A DNA stretch of 64,000 nt from Psammoneis japonica. Taxonomy: Eukaryota. The stretch is taken from the NCBI GenBank assembly GCA_008632985.1, contig QPGO01000034.1, positions 449,311-513,310 of the forward strand, written 5' to 3'. Under the pieces are notes generated by a model, which saw only the letters and a list, made by a program, of their open reading frames with translations, made no database searches and was not told the origin of the DNA. Shown piece by piece: positions 43,405-57,500 of the stretch. How positions within the stretch are numbered: the stretch's first letter is position 1; each line of letters opens with the position of its first letter. The translations under genes were made by a program, and so were the position numbers.

Positions 43405-44932
43405 AAATTTTTGCTATTTAGACATTTAGTTTACGAGATGCTCAACGCGTTGTTTGTCGCATGCACCGGCACGGGAGGTGCATGTGTCATGGCATGGCGC
43501 TCGCATGGGGGTCTTTTGCCATCTTGCCATGTGGTGAAAGCCACGTAGATTCTACAGAGGCCTCAAGGTGACACAATTAGACTCAAAGCAACCAGGAGAA
43601 TCAAAGGCGACCCCCCTGGAGAGCACTTTTTGAAGGGTGGTCTCAGGTGCTCCAAACCAAATTTTTGCTGTTCAGCCATTTGGTTTGTGAGATGCTCAGC
43701 GCATTGTTTGTCACATGCACCGGCACGGGAGGTGCATGTGTCATGGCATGGCGCTCGCATGGGGGTCTTTTGCCATCTTGCCATGTGGTGAAAGCCACGT
43801 AGATTCTACAGAGGCCTCTCAAGGTGACACAACTGGACTCAAAGCAACCAGGAGAATCAAAGGCGACCCCTCTGGAGAGCACTTTTTGAAGGGTGGTCTC
43901 AGGTGCTCCAAACCAAATTTTTGCTGTTCAGCCATTTGGTTTGTGAGATGCTCAGCACATTGTTTGTCACATGCACCGGCACGGGAGGTGCATGTGTCAT
44001 GGCATGGCGCTTGCATGGGGGTCTTTTGCCATCTTGCCATGTGGTGAAAGCCAAGCAGATTCTACAGAGGCCTCAAGGTGACACAACTGGACTCAAAGCA
44101 ACCAGGAGAATCAAAGGCGACCCCTCTGGAGAGCACTTTTTGAAGGGTGGTCTCAGGCCTCCAAACCAAATTTTTGCTGTTTAGACATTTAGTTTGCGAG
44201 ATGCTCAGCGCGTTGTTTGTCGCATGCACCGGCACGGGAGGTGCATGTGTCATGGCATGGCGCTCGCATGGGGGTCTTTTGCCATCTTGCCATGTGGCAA
44301 AAGCCACGCAGATTCTACAGAGGCCTCAAGGTGACACAGTTGGACTCAAAGCAACCAGGAGAATCAAAGGCGACCCCTCTGGAGAGCACTTTTTGAAGGG
44401 TGGTCTCAGGTGCTCCAAACCAAATTTTTGCTGTTTAGACATTTAGTTCATGAGATGCTCAACGCGTTTTTGTTGCATGCACTGGCACGGGAGGTGCATG
44501 TGTCATGGCATGGCGCTCGCATGGGGGTCTTTTGCCATCTTGCCATGTGGTGAAAGCCAAGCAGATTCTACAGAGGCCTCAAGGTGACACAACTGGACTC
44601 AAAGCAACCAGGAGAATCAAAGGCAACCCCTCTGGAGAGCACTTTTTGAAGGGTGGTCTCAGGTGCTCCAAACCAATTTTTTGCTGTTCATCCATTTGGT
44701 TTGTGAGATGCTCAGTGCATTGTTTGTTGCGTGCACCGGCACGGGAGGTGCGTGTGTCATGGCATGGCGCTCGCATGGGGGTCTTCTTTGCCATCTTGCC
44801 ATGTGGTGAAAGCCACCATGTAGATTCCACAGAGGCCTCAAGGTGACACAATTGGGCTCAAAGCAACCAGGAGAATCAAAGGCGACCCCTCTGGAGAGCA
44901 CTTTTTGAAGGGTGATCTCAGGTGCTCCAAAC
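43405..44932. repeat. ~254-bp tandem satellite, 6 copies
   Basis: GAGATGCTCA recurs at 43435, 43689, 43945, 44198, 44452 and 44705. Confidence 0.95.
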
Positions 44933-46667
44933 CAGATGTGGCCCCCTTTTTCAAAAACTTGGTGGCAGTGGCTTTGAGGAGAGTTGTGGTGCTGCTGTTG
45001 CCCTGGGTGAAAGTGTGAGAAAAACAACTTTTTGTGCACTCCTCTGGTGTGCTCATGTGGCGTGCTCCTCTCATTGCCCCATGCCCGGCACACGCACTTT
45101 TTGCTGCGCTGCTTCTGGCTGGCAGAATGACACCCTCAGCTCTTGTTGCACCTTGGCTGCTTCATCATTCAGGTTGACAGCAGCGCCACTGCTCAACACA
45201 CTGTGCACAAGTCAGAAAGTTAAAAAGCAACCTCCAAGCTCTGAAAATTGTGATCTGGTGCACCCCCCATGTGGCGTGCTCATTGTTTGTGTGTTTTGCA
45301 CCTCTTGTCATGTTTCTGGCAGAGCAACACTTGCTCTGCTCATTTTGCCTTTTCCAACTGCTTTGTCATGAAAGTGTCAGTGCCACCCCTGGTGCAGACT
45401 TCATCCTGGCATTTGATGTCAACCAATCTGCCCCCAGCCTTGATGGCTTTCCAGATTGTGGTCTTGTGCATTTGTGCAATGTGCGCTCACTGTGTTTCTG
45501 GCAGAAATGTCAGCTCTTTTTGCCCTGACTGCTTTGTCATCAAGGTTGACATTGTCTTGGCAAAACAGCTCCTGTTGTTGACCAATCTGCCCCACTGTGC
45601 TCTGCACTGCATGAGCCAGAGAGCTGCGCAATTTTGCACTGACTGTCTCATCATTGCAAAGGAGGTCAACACACGCATCCTTCCAGTGCTCACAAATGCA
45701 ACCTGGTCATGCTTTCATGTGATGTGCTTGTTGTTCGTGCACTTGTTGCTGCTTGTTTTGTTCAAGGCTTGACAGTGCTGACTCTTGTTTCCTTCACTGC
45801 TTCATCACATTGAGGTGTGTGCCACCCCAGCACAGACTTTCCAGCATGTCATCTGCTCAACACTGTGCAAATCAGAGAGTTGAAAAGCAACTTCTGCTTT
45901 TGACATGGCTCAGTCACACAGACACTGAGTGCCATCTTGACAAGCTTTCACCATTGCAGCAGCATGCTTGATGCAAGCATGTGTGCCACAACCCACCTTG
46001 CTTGTCCTGGGCTTGTTGTTGCCACAACTCACTCAGCACATTTTTGCCATTGACAGTTGTCTTGTTGCAGAGCTTCCTCTCTCAAGCGGCTGCTCTTGAG
46101 ATCCTGTGAAATTTGGCACAAAGTCAAACTGCTTGTGCACACACCTGTGATTTCATTGATGTTGGCTCTTTTTGCAGACTGATCAATTCAGAAGTTTGAC
46201 CCAATGCCCCTCAGGTCTGGATCCAGAGGAGATTGGAAAATGAACTTTGGATGTGGCTGGCCAATTTCAGCGGTCATCTGCAGTTGCTTTCACCCACCAG
46301 TCTGCAGAGCTCTGGCAAATGTGGCCAATGTCAGTGGGGGCAAAAGTGGGTGCTTGGCACTCTGACACAGACTTTCTGCTGCAACAGATTTGTGCATCCT
46401 GGGGCAGCCACATTGCCGTCAACATGCTTGCACAATGAGTGCAACGAGCTGGTGCCACATTGACTGTTGCATCAAATGGAGCAGGCGCAGGTTGTCACCT
46501 CCCAGCATGACCAAGACAAAGTTGCCATGATCAACAACTGCTTGAGTTTTGTCAACCTTGGGTGCCAAGATTCAAGTTTGGCTGCCAAGAGCCATGTCAA
46601 TTGCTTCATCTCAGCTTGAGCTGCTCTCTGTCACTTGCCAACTTGCTTTGTCCTGCTGTGTTGCTTN

Positions 46668-47049
<382 letters not shown>

Positions 47050-49323
47050 CACAAATGATCAATGGCAAAAGCTTCAACCCCATCTGGAGTTGGCACATCT
47101 GCTTTGGGCCCAAAACCTCCACACTCTTTTGCCGTGAATTTCAGCCTTCATTTTTGCAATGCAGGCACCAGACAGTGCACTTCTGTCTCAGAGCCAACAG
47201 CCTGTGACGCAGCAACAAGGCTGGGGGGCAAAGTTTCTGGCAGAAATTTTCTGGTCTCAAATGCCAAATGGCAAGCCTCCTGTGTTCCCTCCATCATTCA
47301 CATCACACAGCAGCACACAACCAACTGGCCAGAGCCACCCTTGCACAGCAGCCTGCCTCAAGACCAAAGGTCTTGAGCCAAGTCTCAAGACATCTCTGTC
47401 ACACCAACATCAGCAACAGAATGTCATGAGAGCAAAGTCAACAAGATGACTTGAGTTCAAAAAATGACAACTTCCTTTTTGATTTTTTGGAACAAGACTT
47501 GCTGTGCAGTCATTGGCCTTTTGAGCTGCTTTCATGAAGAGCAGACCAGCGCTGTTTTGTGGGGCAGCAAACACAGCTGCTTTCCAGCAAGTGTTGATGA
47601 AATGTGCTTGGCCAGAGGTTGAGAAATCAAATCAACAAATTTTTTGGTCACCACAAGTGTTGTTGTCATTGTTGTTGTTGTCGTTGTTGTTGTCCTCATC
47701 AGATGACCGGGTCTCCTGCACGCAACTGACTTCCCAGAAAAGACAATGGATCCATTTGCCTCCTTCGCAGTGCACAGACAAGCCATCTGCATTTGGTGCA
47801 CTGATGGAAGCTCACAATGCACAATGTGTTGATGGGCATCAAGGGAGTGTGTCTTGATTGCAGCAATCGCCTTGTGTTCACAATGCACACAATGGCTGTG
47901 CGGTCAACAGCAACGCCAGCCTTCCTGCACTCAATTGGCTCATCAAGCTTGCCCAAAGCAATCTCAAAAGCAGCCAGTGGGTCAGTCTTGTTGTTCACAG
48001 AAAAAGAACAAGGGGCAGCTGATGAAGTGGTTGCCCCGACGGAGCAGCAGCATGGGCAGGGGCATCAACTTGGCATGAGAAATTGTGGGCCCACGCACGT
48101 CTGCAGCAAAACAAGGTGGCGGTGGCCTTCTTGGGAGCAGTGGAGGCATTGGAGGCTGGAGTGCGGGGCAGGTGGGTTCCAGGTTGATGTTGGTGGTGGC
48201 ACAGGATGGAGCTGTTGCTGCAGGGTGCAACTCAGTGACAGGGCGAGTCACATCGCGCACAGCGACAATCTTGGTGGATGGAGCAGAGACAGCTGGGGAT
48301 CAGCTGCAGTCAGCAAATCACCGTCTTGAGCCAATGCCGGGGACAGAGTGGCCTGTGTTGATGACAATTTTGCTTGCCAGAACAGCGCCATCATCAAACG
48401 GGTGCCATTCATGGGGGGGGGCATGCTCACATTTGTTTCATTGTGCTCAAGCTGTGCGTGAGGCAGTTGACATTGGATCTCTGATGGCACACCTCACGCA
48501 GGATTGCTGCACAAGCAGAGTGCATGCCATGCCACGTGCAACATGTTGGTGGATGAAACCAATGAAAGCAGCAACAAGCCATTCAACAATGGAGATGCCA
48601 ATGGCATCGATGAAGCAGAGGTGTCCATGTTCAAAATGCTCACCACCAGTGTCAACAACAATGTGCTGAGGAGTTTTTGTTGTTTCACTCTGTGGCATGG
48701 CCCCTCCTCACACCAAGCAAAAAAGCAAGGCTCATGACCTGAGAGTGATCCACTGTCCATGTGGGAATGACCCTCTCCACTGACACATCATGCTGGCTGC
48801 AGCTTTGCTCACCTGTTGCTGCATGCTTTCCTTGCCTTCTCACAACAATGACCAAGATGTTTGCTGGCTTGTCAGTGGGGAAGCTCATGGCAGTGGTGCA
48901 GATTGTGCCATTTTTGGCATGCACAGTTTGTGATGCAAGAAAAGAATTGTCTTGCTGCTTTGGAGCTTGATTTTCTTGTGCAGATTTGGAGCTGAGTGTG
49001 CATGACACACAGAAATGTGGGGCTGCTGAAAGAACCCTTGCAAACTCTTGACCAAAGTTTCACAGCTGATGACAACAATTCTGCCTCAGTTTCTTGGCCA
49101 CACCTTCTGCGTGTTTCCCACACCAGCTCTGGTGCAGACAATGCCTTTCTCCAATGGTGCAACGACAGCTCTCACTTGCCTGCTCCAACTGCTTCCATCA
49201 CTGACATGCCTTCATTTTGTTGTCACAAGCAATCTCATGCATTTGGAAGTGACTGGCATTGAGCCCTTCTTTTTGTTTGTTTGCTCATCATTCTTCTTGT
49301 TTTTTTCTTCCTCATGTGCAAAG

Positions 49324-49680
49324 TTTCTGCACAAGTTTTGGCACAAATTCTGTGTGCTCTGCAAGTCATTTCAGATGGTTGACTTGCCAAGCTGTTGACT
49401 GCTTTCCATCCACACCTCTCAGGCATCAATGTGTCCCTGTTCTGCCTGTTGTTGTCAATTTCAGTCTCCTGCTTGTGTGGTGAACAATCTTCCATCATTG
49501 CTGCTTTCAGAAGCTTGACTTTTTGAGACCAGCTCAGCATGCATTGGCCTTTCTTTCATGCGCCGACAATTCTGCACAAGTTTTGGTGCATGTGTGGCAT
49601 GTCTTGAAAGTCATTTCAGATGGTCAACTTGCCAAACTGTTGACTGCTCTCTGTCCACACTTCTCAGGTGTCAATGACTC
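49324..49680. repeat. Degenerate ~110-bp direct repeat pair
   Basis: TTCTGCACAAGTTTTGG...AAGTCATTTCAGATGGT..ACTTGCCAA.CTGTTGACTGCT occurs at ~49324 and ~49570. Confidence 0.8.
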
Positions 49681-51329
49681 CCCTTCTGCCAACCACCAGT
49701 TTGAGCTCTCTGCCTCATCTGGCAAAAAAAAATGGTGCTGTGACTCCATTGCCAGCAAGGCTGGTGCTGGCTGACCCACACTCCCAGCACATTGGAGCAA
49801 TGTGGCAGATGCTAGAATGGATGCCTCATGTGGCAAACAGTCCTCCATCATTGCTGCTGCCAGAAGTGTGAACTTGAGCTGGCCTGGCATGTGTTGGTGT
49901 GGCCAGTTTGTGCCCTGCTCTTTCTCACATCAAAACATTTCCAGACTGTCTGTCTCACCTTTGCAGCCAGATCCAATTTCAAAAAAAGAGCCTGACCACA
50001 GCATCAAGCACTTTGACTTTGATGCTGTCTTATTTTGCTGGTCCTGTTTTTGCTGCTGCCAGCAGTTTCTGGTGGGCACCACAGACTTGTGGCACAAATC
50101 TCAGCCAATTGTCAACATGCTCCAGCCCCGGGTGATGCACAAAACAACACTCCCTTTTGACATGATTTGCATGTGCTTTGCATGTTGAGGCTGTTTTCTG
50201 GAATTGATGCTTGTGCATTCTGGCTTTCATGCTTGACAAGAGTGTGAATGTTTGAACAATTTTTTTCATCAGTGTTCAAGTCTTTGTTGGATGTGCAAAA
50301 TTCATCTGTGGAAACAATGCTGGCTGTGCATCAGCAGTCATGTTGCAGAAAGTTTGTGTGAGCAGACCAATGCTGCAAAATGCATGCATTTTGTGTCAAC
50401 CTCCAAACAGCAATGGTGTGTGAATCTTCAAAAATTTTGGCAAAAATCATCCGTTGTGTTTTACAACCTGCTTGTCACAATGAAGAAACATTGACCGCAC
50501 AAAAGCAATGACATTGCAACGCTGGCACAAGTCTTGTCAGTGTTGCAAAACATTGAAATTTTTGCACAAATCCATGCTTTTGGTGATGAAATCTTGTTTG
50601 CAAGTCAGAGACCACAAAAAAAATGTGCAAATGTTGTTTTTTGCACACTTTGGTTCTTTTCATGCGTGTGGCTGGAACACGTCTGTCACATGTCCCTGCT
50701 TTTGATGTGCTGGGGTGTGGGTCAGCTTGCTCTCTTGCTGGAGTTGAAGGGTGGAAGCACAGCAATGCTTTGAACACAGATTTTGGGTTTTGTTGCAAGC
50801 ACAAAACATGGCAAGGAGATCAAGCCATCAGCTGCCAAAGCAGCCACCTGACAAGGAAGCAGCTCTTTAGCCATGGCCCAGGAGACACAAGGTGCAGATG
50901 TGTGCAGAACAAAGTGGGAGTGCTGTGTGTTGTCTTTTTGGGGCTGCCAAATGTTGGAGCATCTGGATGAGCAGGAAATGTGAGAGACCTGGAAGCACAT
51001 CTGTTGAAAAGAAGATGCTTTGGATCTTGATGTGATGGATTGGATGACACTTTGGAAACAAATGTGCACTCATCACCAATCTCACCAACCTTCTTTTTGC
51101 TGCATTTTGTGGTGTCAGTGGGTGCCCTTTGTGTCACAAGAAAAAAGTTGTTGAGAGCATCCAGGCAAACCACAGCCATCATGGCAACCAGGACAAGTGC
51201 AACAAGCAGCACAAGAAACCTCAGAGGACCCCCATTGGCAGTGACATTGACTTGTTGGTTCAACATTCACTCCAAAGAGTCTGGAGCACTGTGTTCAGTG
51301 CATGCAGTGCTGACCTCCCCATTTGATTG

Positions 51330-54300
51330 TCATCTGTGAGTCAAGAAACCTTCATCATGAGTGGCAGAGGAGGAGGAGGAATGAGCACCAAAGGCCAATG
51401 TCATCACCAAGGCAGAGGTGACAGAGGCCCAAAGTCTTGTCTGAAAACAAGAAAAGAAACCCCAAGAACAAGAGAGCAGTGATGATGCTGCAAGCATTGA
51501 GTGACACCCACAGGTCAAGTCAAGCTGCAAGCTCTGGCAGAAGAAAGGTTCATGGCATGGGCTCCAATTGGATGAACAGGCCAAACAAGGGCCAGAAATG
51601 AGTTTGAGCCAAGCCAATGCCAGCATCAAGTCAGATGAGACAATCCTTGACAATGGCTCCACCCCCAGCATGGCAGCAAGCTGGGGTCCAGTGCACAATG
51701 TGCAACTGGCAAGAATCAAGATTGATCTTTCCACAAGAACACAGGAGTGGACACTTGTTTGAGTGAGGACTGCACTGTTTCAGGACAGGGTGATGTGAAG
51801 CTTGGATTGCAAAATGCAACAGCCAACATCCTGAGTCTGAAAAATGTGAAGAGCAAGCACTGCATTGTGCACAACAACTGAGTGGCAAATGAGTTCTGCC
51901 CATTGGACAAGAAGACTGGCAAACAGGTCACAGTGTTCAAAGTCAATGACATTGGACTGCATGCCTTTGCCCCAAGCCAGCAGTTCTGTGACCATGCAAA
52001 TGAACTCCAAGAAGATGAGTGGCACATGAGCATGCCATTGAAGGGCAAGAAAGAGGTCACAAAAAGACCAACAAGAAGCACAGGAGTGCATCAGGAACTG
52101 TTGTCCCAGCTGCAAAACAAAATGTGAAAGGCTGCTCTAAACAAGAGGTGGCAAATGCCAAGGAAGTGCAAAGGCTGTGCTGTGAAGCTGGAGTGCCCAG
52201 TGTGAGAGACTTCAAGCCACTCCTGTGATCCAACCAGGTGAAGAACCCATCCATCCCACCCAAAAATGTGGACAGAATGGTGGCCACATGGGGTCCACCA
52301 ATGGGTGCACTGAAAGACAAGACCAAGCATGATTGCCGCTCCTGTCAGAGGAACAAGGTCATCATTGTTCCACCTGAGATCTGTGACAAGCAGAGAGAAG
52401 GCATGACCCTCTGCATTGATGCCATGGAAGCATGTGGTGTTGAGATGATGCGCGCGATTGACAAGATGTTCAAGTGCTGATTGAGTGTAAAGCTGAAGTC
52501 CAAGAAGCATGAAGACATGCACAAAGCCTTGGATGTGATTCTCCAAAGCTGTCAAAGCAATGGTCACACAACAAGACATCAAGGAATTCAAGTTTGCAGA
52601 GGCAAATTCAGAGACAATCTGTGCACTGTTGGCTGGACTGCAGGAGTGGACAATGATGAAAACAACAGCAACAGCAACAACAAAGACAAAATCACAGAAA
52701 GCAAAATGACACAAACCGCACAACCAGCACCCAAGCCAGAAGACAAAGACCATGAAGATGAGCCTGACTCAGATGACAAGTGTGAAAAAGCAAATGAGAT
52801 GCTGGCTGCCAAAAGGTCTCTGGTCCTGGCCAACAGCATGAAGCTCAAGAAGGGCACAAGGTTGAAGAAGACTCAGAAGACAGTGATCATGACCACAAGA
52901 GTGAAGAACCCAAACAAGACAAAGAACCCCAGGAAGGCTGAAGATGGGGAGGCAAATGAATGGAGGAAGATGCAGATGCCGTGCCAGGGAGCAGAGTCAC
53001 ATGAAGTGGAGCATTCTTCAGCATGACATCACAAAGACATGGAGAAAACAAAGTTTGTTTCACAGGAGTGGAAGACACCAGAAAGACAGCAAAGAAGCAA
53101 TGCAAGCTCAAGTGCTGCCATCATTTGCATGCTGACGTGAGTCCTGGCCCAAAGGATGACATCAAACATGAGTCAGAGACAGCAATGGCACTCACACACT
53201 TCATGTGTGAGATTGACAACTGACTCTGAAGTGGAGAGGGTGCAAGTTTTGCCCAACAATGTTTGCTCCATGAAGGCCTCAAAGCATTTGGCCAGAGAAG
53301 GGGCATGATGCCTTGCAGAAAGAAATCAAACAGCTGCACAGCTGAGTGTGCTTTGCAACAACATCAGTCAAGGATGCAACTCCAACTGAAAGGACCAAGG
53401 CCATGGCAGCCTTGATGTTCCTTGCACCAAGAAATGAGATGGTTGCACAACAGGGTGAATGCAATGGCAAACTGACCTGAGAGTGGCCAGACAAGGACAA
53501 GTCAGCCAGCTCTGCTGCATCTCCAGAGGGGACATTGATGAAGGCAACTGTTGACACCCATGAAAGACACAACAAAGTGAGCACCAATGTTCCAAATGCA
53601 TTTCTGCAGACCATGACACTGGAGCCTGGAGAAGGCAAAGACTGGATTGTGACACAAAGATTGCAGGAGTGCCAGTGGACATGCCAGCGAGCATTGATCC
53701 CAACCTGTGCAGACCTTGCATGGTCCCAGAGAAAGGCAAGAGAGTCCTTTGCATCCAACAAGTCATCAGAGCCACATTCATGGTGTGCCAATCATGGCTC
53801 TGTTGTGGCACAACAAAGTCCAATGAGTTCAGCCCACATGGTCCATGCATTGCCAATTGTGCAGTCAATGGCAAGCAGCGCACAATTCAATTTCATGTGG
53901 ATGACTTGTTGTCAAGCCACAAGAACCCAAAAACCCAAAAGCAGACAACAACTTCCTGAGCTGGCCAAACAAAAGAAGTCTGGCAGCCATGGTGAGGTTG
54001 TTGCCATGCAAGAGAAGAGACATTGCCATCTTGGCATGACCCTGGACTTCAGCCAGAAAGGGAAAGTGAAAGTTGACATGGCAGGCTGTGTTTGCAAGAC
54101 AATTGATCAGTTTCTAGAAAAGACAAAGAGCATGGATTCTGCATTGACACCAGCCAGAGAAAAGACATTTGACACCAGTGGAACAAGATGATCAGATGAG
54201 AAGGCTCAGACCTTCCATGTGTGGATGGCCAAGGGACCACTCCTGTCCAAGAGAGGCCAAATGGACACACACCTTGCTGTCACCATGTCATGCATGCAAG

Positions 54301-54562
54301 TGAGAGCTCCCACCAACAAGGGTTGGGAAAGCCAGTCCATTGTCTCAAGCATCCAAGCCAGACAAAAAATGAAGCCACTGCATCAAGCATGAAGGGCCTC
54401 TGAGTTGTCAAGTGGAGGGTGGATGCATCATTTGAAGCACACCCCAATTTCAACAGCCACACCAAAGGAGCAGTCAGAGCAGTGCAGGCTCATCTCAAAG
54501 TGCCTGAATCTCACTGCCTGAAGCAGCACAGAAGCTGAGCTTGTTGGAGTTGATGATGCCAT
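51330..54562 (+). mobile_element. Heavily decayed Ty1/copia retrotransposon (pol remnant)
   Basis: Protease ILDNGST; RT motifs VPNAFLQT, PCIAN..VNGKQ.TI.FHVDDL.SSH and HLGMTLDFS..GKVKVDM; RNase H KW.VDASF..HP and TEAELVGVDDAM. Many stops and frameshifts; left boundary approximate. Confidence 0.85.
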
Positions 54563-57500
54563 GTGTTTCTCTTTGACAACAAATGTGTTGGGGGCAAACA
54601 ACATTGCATTGTCAAACGTGCGACAACCTGCCATGTTGGCTTGGGCATTGTTTTCTTTGCCTTGCTCCAACAGCCAGCCCACATCCAATGACAAACCCTG
54701 GAATGCTTTTGTGCATGCTGCAGTGCTGTCTTTTGTTTTGACCAAGTGCCAATCTGCATGACTGCAAAATGTGAAAAAAACCAAATTCCCAGAGATCTTC
54801 TGATGGCTTTGCTGCAATTTGTGCTGTGTTTTTTGTTTCCTGCTGGCAACAAGGCCACTTCAAAGATGCCTCCCTGCTCAACAACTGTGCTCTTGCCCCA
54901 ACTCTGCACCAGTGTGTGCAGCACTGGTTCAAACAGAAATGCTTTGTTAAATTTCTCTGCAACCTTGGCACAAAAGAGCATTGTTTCATGCAGCTGCAGG
55001 TCAGCACCGCTGTCTTGTTGAGTCAGAGCCTCTGGAGGTGTGTTGTGAACAGTTGACTCATTGTTGTTTGTTGTCAAGGCAAGCACGCATTTGCCCCGAA
55101 GACTCAACATTTAGCTGGCACACAAAGTGACAACAAACCATGCATCAACTCATTGTTGCCTTGACTGCTTTCTTGCTTGCCAGAGCGCTGCTTCTTCCTC
55201 ATGATGTCTGCTCTTGGTTTTTCCAAGAAGATTGCAGCACCCTTCATCAACAAGCAACATCTGCTGCAGCAGCTCTCAAACATGGCATGAAACTGTTGCT
55301 GCTCCCTTGACTTCTCTTTTGTGGAAATGGCTGTGCCACATCTGCACAACTTTGCACTGCCCTTGAAGCCATCAGTGTTAGCATGCCCCAAAGCCTGCCA
55401 TGATGCCAGCTCCATGTCTGACACCCAGCCTCTTTGCAAGTCTGCCAAACTTGCCAAACTCACAAAACCTGCCACCAAACACACCAAACTTGCCAAACAA
55501 ACCAAACTTGCCAAACTTGCCAAACCCACCAAAAACTTGCCAAACTCAACAAACTTGTCAAATTTGCCAAACTCACCAAACCCACCAAACTCGCCAAACT
55601 TGCCAAACCCACCAAACTTGCCACACTTGCCAAACTCGCCAAACCCACCAAACTTGCCAAACTTGCCAAGCCAGCCAAACTTGTTAAAATTGCCAAACTC
55701 ACCAAACTTGTCAAACTCGCCAAACTCACCAAACCCGCCAAACTTGCCAAACCCACGAAACTTGCCCAACTTGCCAAACTCACCAAACCCACCAAAACTG
55801 CCAAACACACCAAACTTGCCAAACTTGCCAAGCCAGCCAAACTCGTTAAACTTGCCAAACTTGCCAAACTCACCAAACTTGCCAAACCTGCCAAACCTGC
55901 CAAACTCACTGAACTTGCCAAACTTGAAAAACTTGCCAAACTTGCCAAACTCGCCAAACTCACCAAACCCGCCAAACTCACCAAACTTGCCACACTTGCC
56001 AAACTCGCCAAACTTGCCAAACCCCCCAAACTTGCCAAACTTGCCAAATGCACCAAACTTGCCAAACCTGCCAAATTTGCCAAACTTGGCAAACTCGCAA
56101 AACTTGCCAAACTTGCCAAACCCGCCAAACTTGCCAAACTCAGCAAACTTGCCAAACTCACCAAGCTTGCCACACCCACCAAACTTGCCAAACTTGGCAA
56201 ATGTGCCAAACTTGCCAACCCCACTAAACTTGCCAAACATGCCAAACTCGTTAAACTTGCCAAACTCAACAAATTTGCCAAACTCAACAAACTTGACAAA
56301 CCTGCCAAACTCACCAAGCTTGCCAAACTCACCAAACTTGCCAAAGCCGCAAAATGTGCTAAACTTGCCAAACTTGCCAAACTTGTCAAACTTGCCAAAC
56401 TCGCCACACTCACCAAACTTGTCAAACTTGTCAAACACACCAAACTTGCCAAACCAGCCAAACCAACCAAACCAACCAAACTTGCCAAGCTTGCCAAGCT
56501 CACCAAACTTGCTGAACTTGCCAAACTCACCAAACTTGCCAAACTCACCAAACTTGTCAAACTTGTCAAACTTGCCAAACTCACCAAACCCGCCAAACTT
56601 GCCAAACTTGCCACACTTGCCAAACTCGCCAAACCCGCCAAAACTGCCAAACACACCAAACTTGCCAAACTTGCCAAGCCAGCCAAACTTGTTAAACTTG
56701 CCAAACTTGCCAAACTCGCCAAACTTGCCAAACCTGCCAAACTCACTAAACTTGCCAAACTTGCCAAACTTGAAAAACTTGCCAAACTTGCCAAACTCAC
56801 CAAACCCGCCAAACTTGCCACACTTGCCAAACTTGCCAAACCCACCAAAACTGCCAAACTTGCCAAGCCAGCCAAACTCGTTAAACTTGCCAAACTCACC
56901 AAACTTGCCAAACCCCCCAAACTTGCCAAACTTGCCAAACTCACCAAACTTGCCAAACCCGCCAAACTTGCCAAACTTGTCAAACTTGCCAAACTTGTCA
57001 AACTTGCCAAACTCCCCAAAACTTGCCACACCCGCCAAACTTGGCAAATGTGCCAAACTTGCCAACCCCACTAAACTTGCCAAACTTGTTAAACTTGCCA
57101 AACTCAACAAATTGACAAACTCGACAAACTCTCGAAACTCAACAAATTTGACAAACCCGCCAAACTTGCCAAACTCACCAAACTTGCCAAACCCGCCAAA
57201 CTGGCCAAAGCCACAAAATGTGCTAAACTTGCCAAGCTTGCCAAACTTGTCAAACTTGCCAAACTCGCCAAACCCACCAAACTTGGCAAACTTGCCAAAC
57301 TTGCCAAACTGGCCAAACTTGCCAAACCCACCAAACTTGCCAAACTCAGCAAACTTGCCAAACTTGCCAAGTGTGCCAAACTTGCCAAACTCGCCAAACC
57401 CACCAAACTTGTCAAACTTGCCAAACACACCAAATTTGCCAAACTCGACAAACTTGCCAAACTCAACAAACTTGACAAACCTGCCAAACTTGCCAAACCC

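Noticed and set aside
43405..44932. CRISPR-like array
   Set aside because: Whole 254-bp units repeat, with no unique spacers and no cas genes; the context is eukaryotic.
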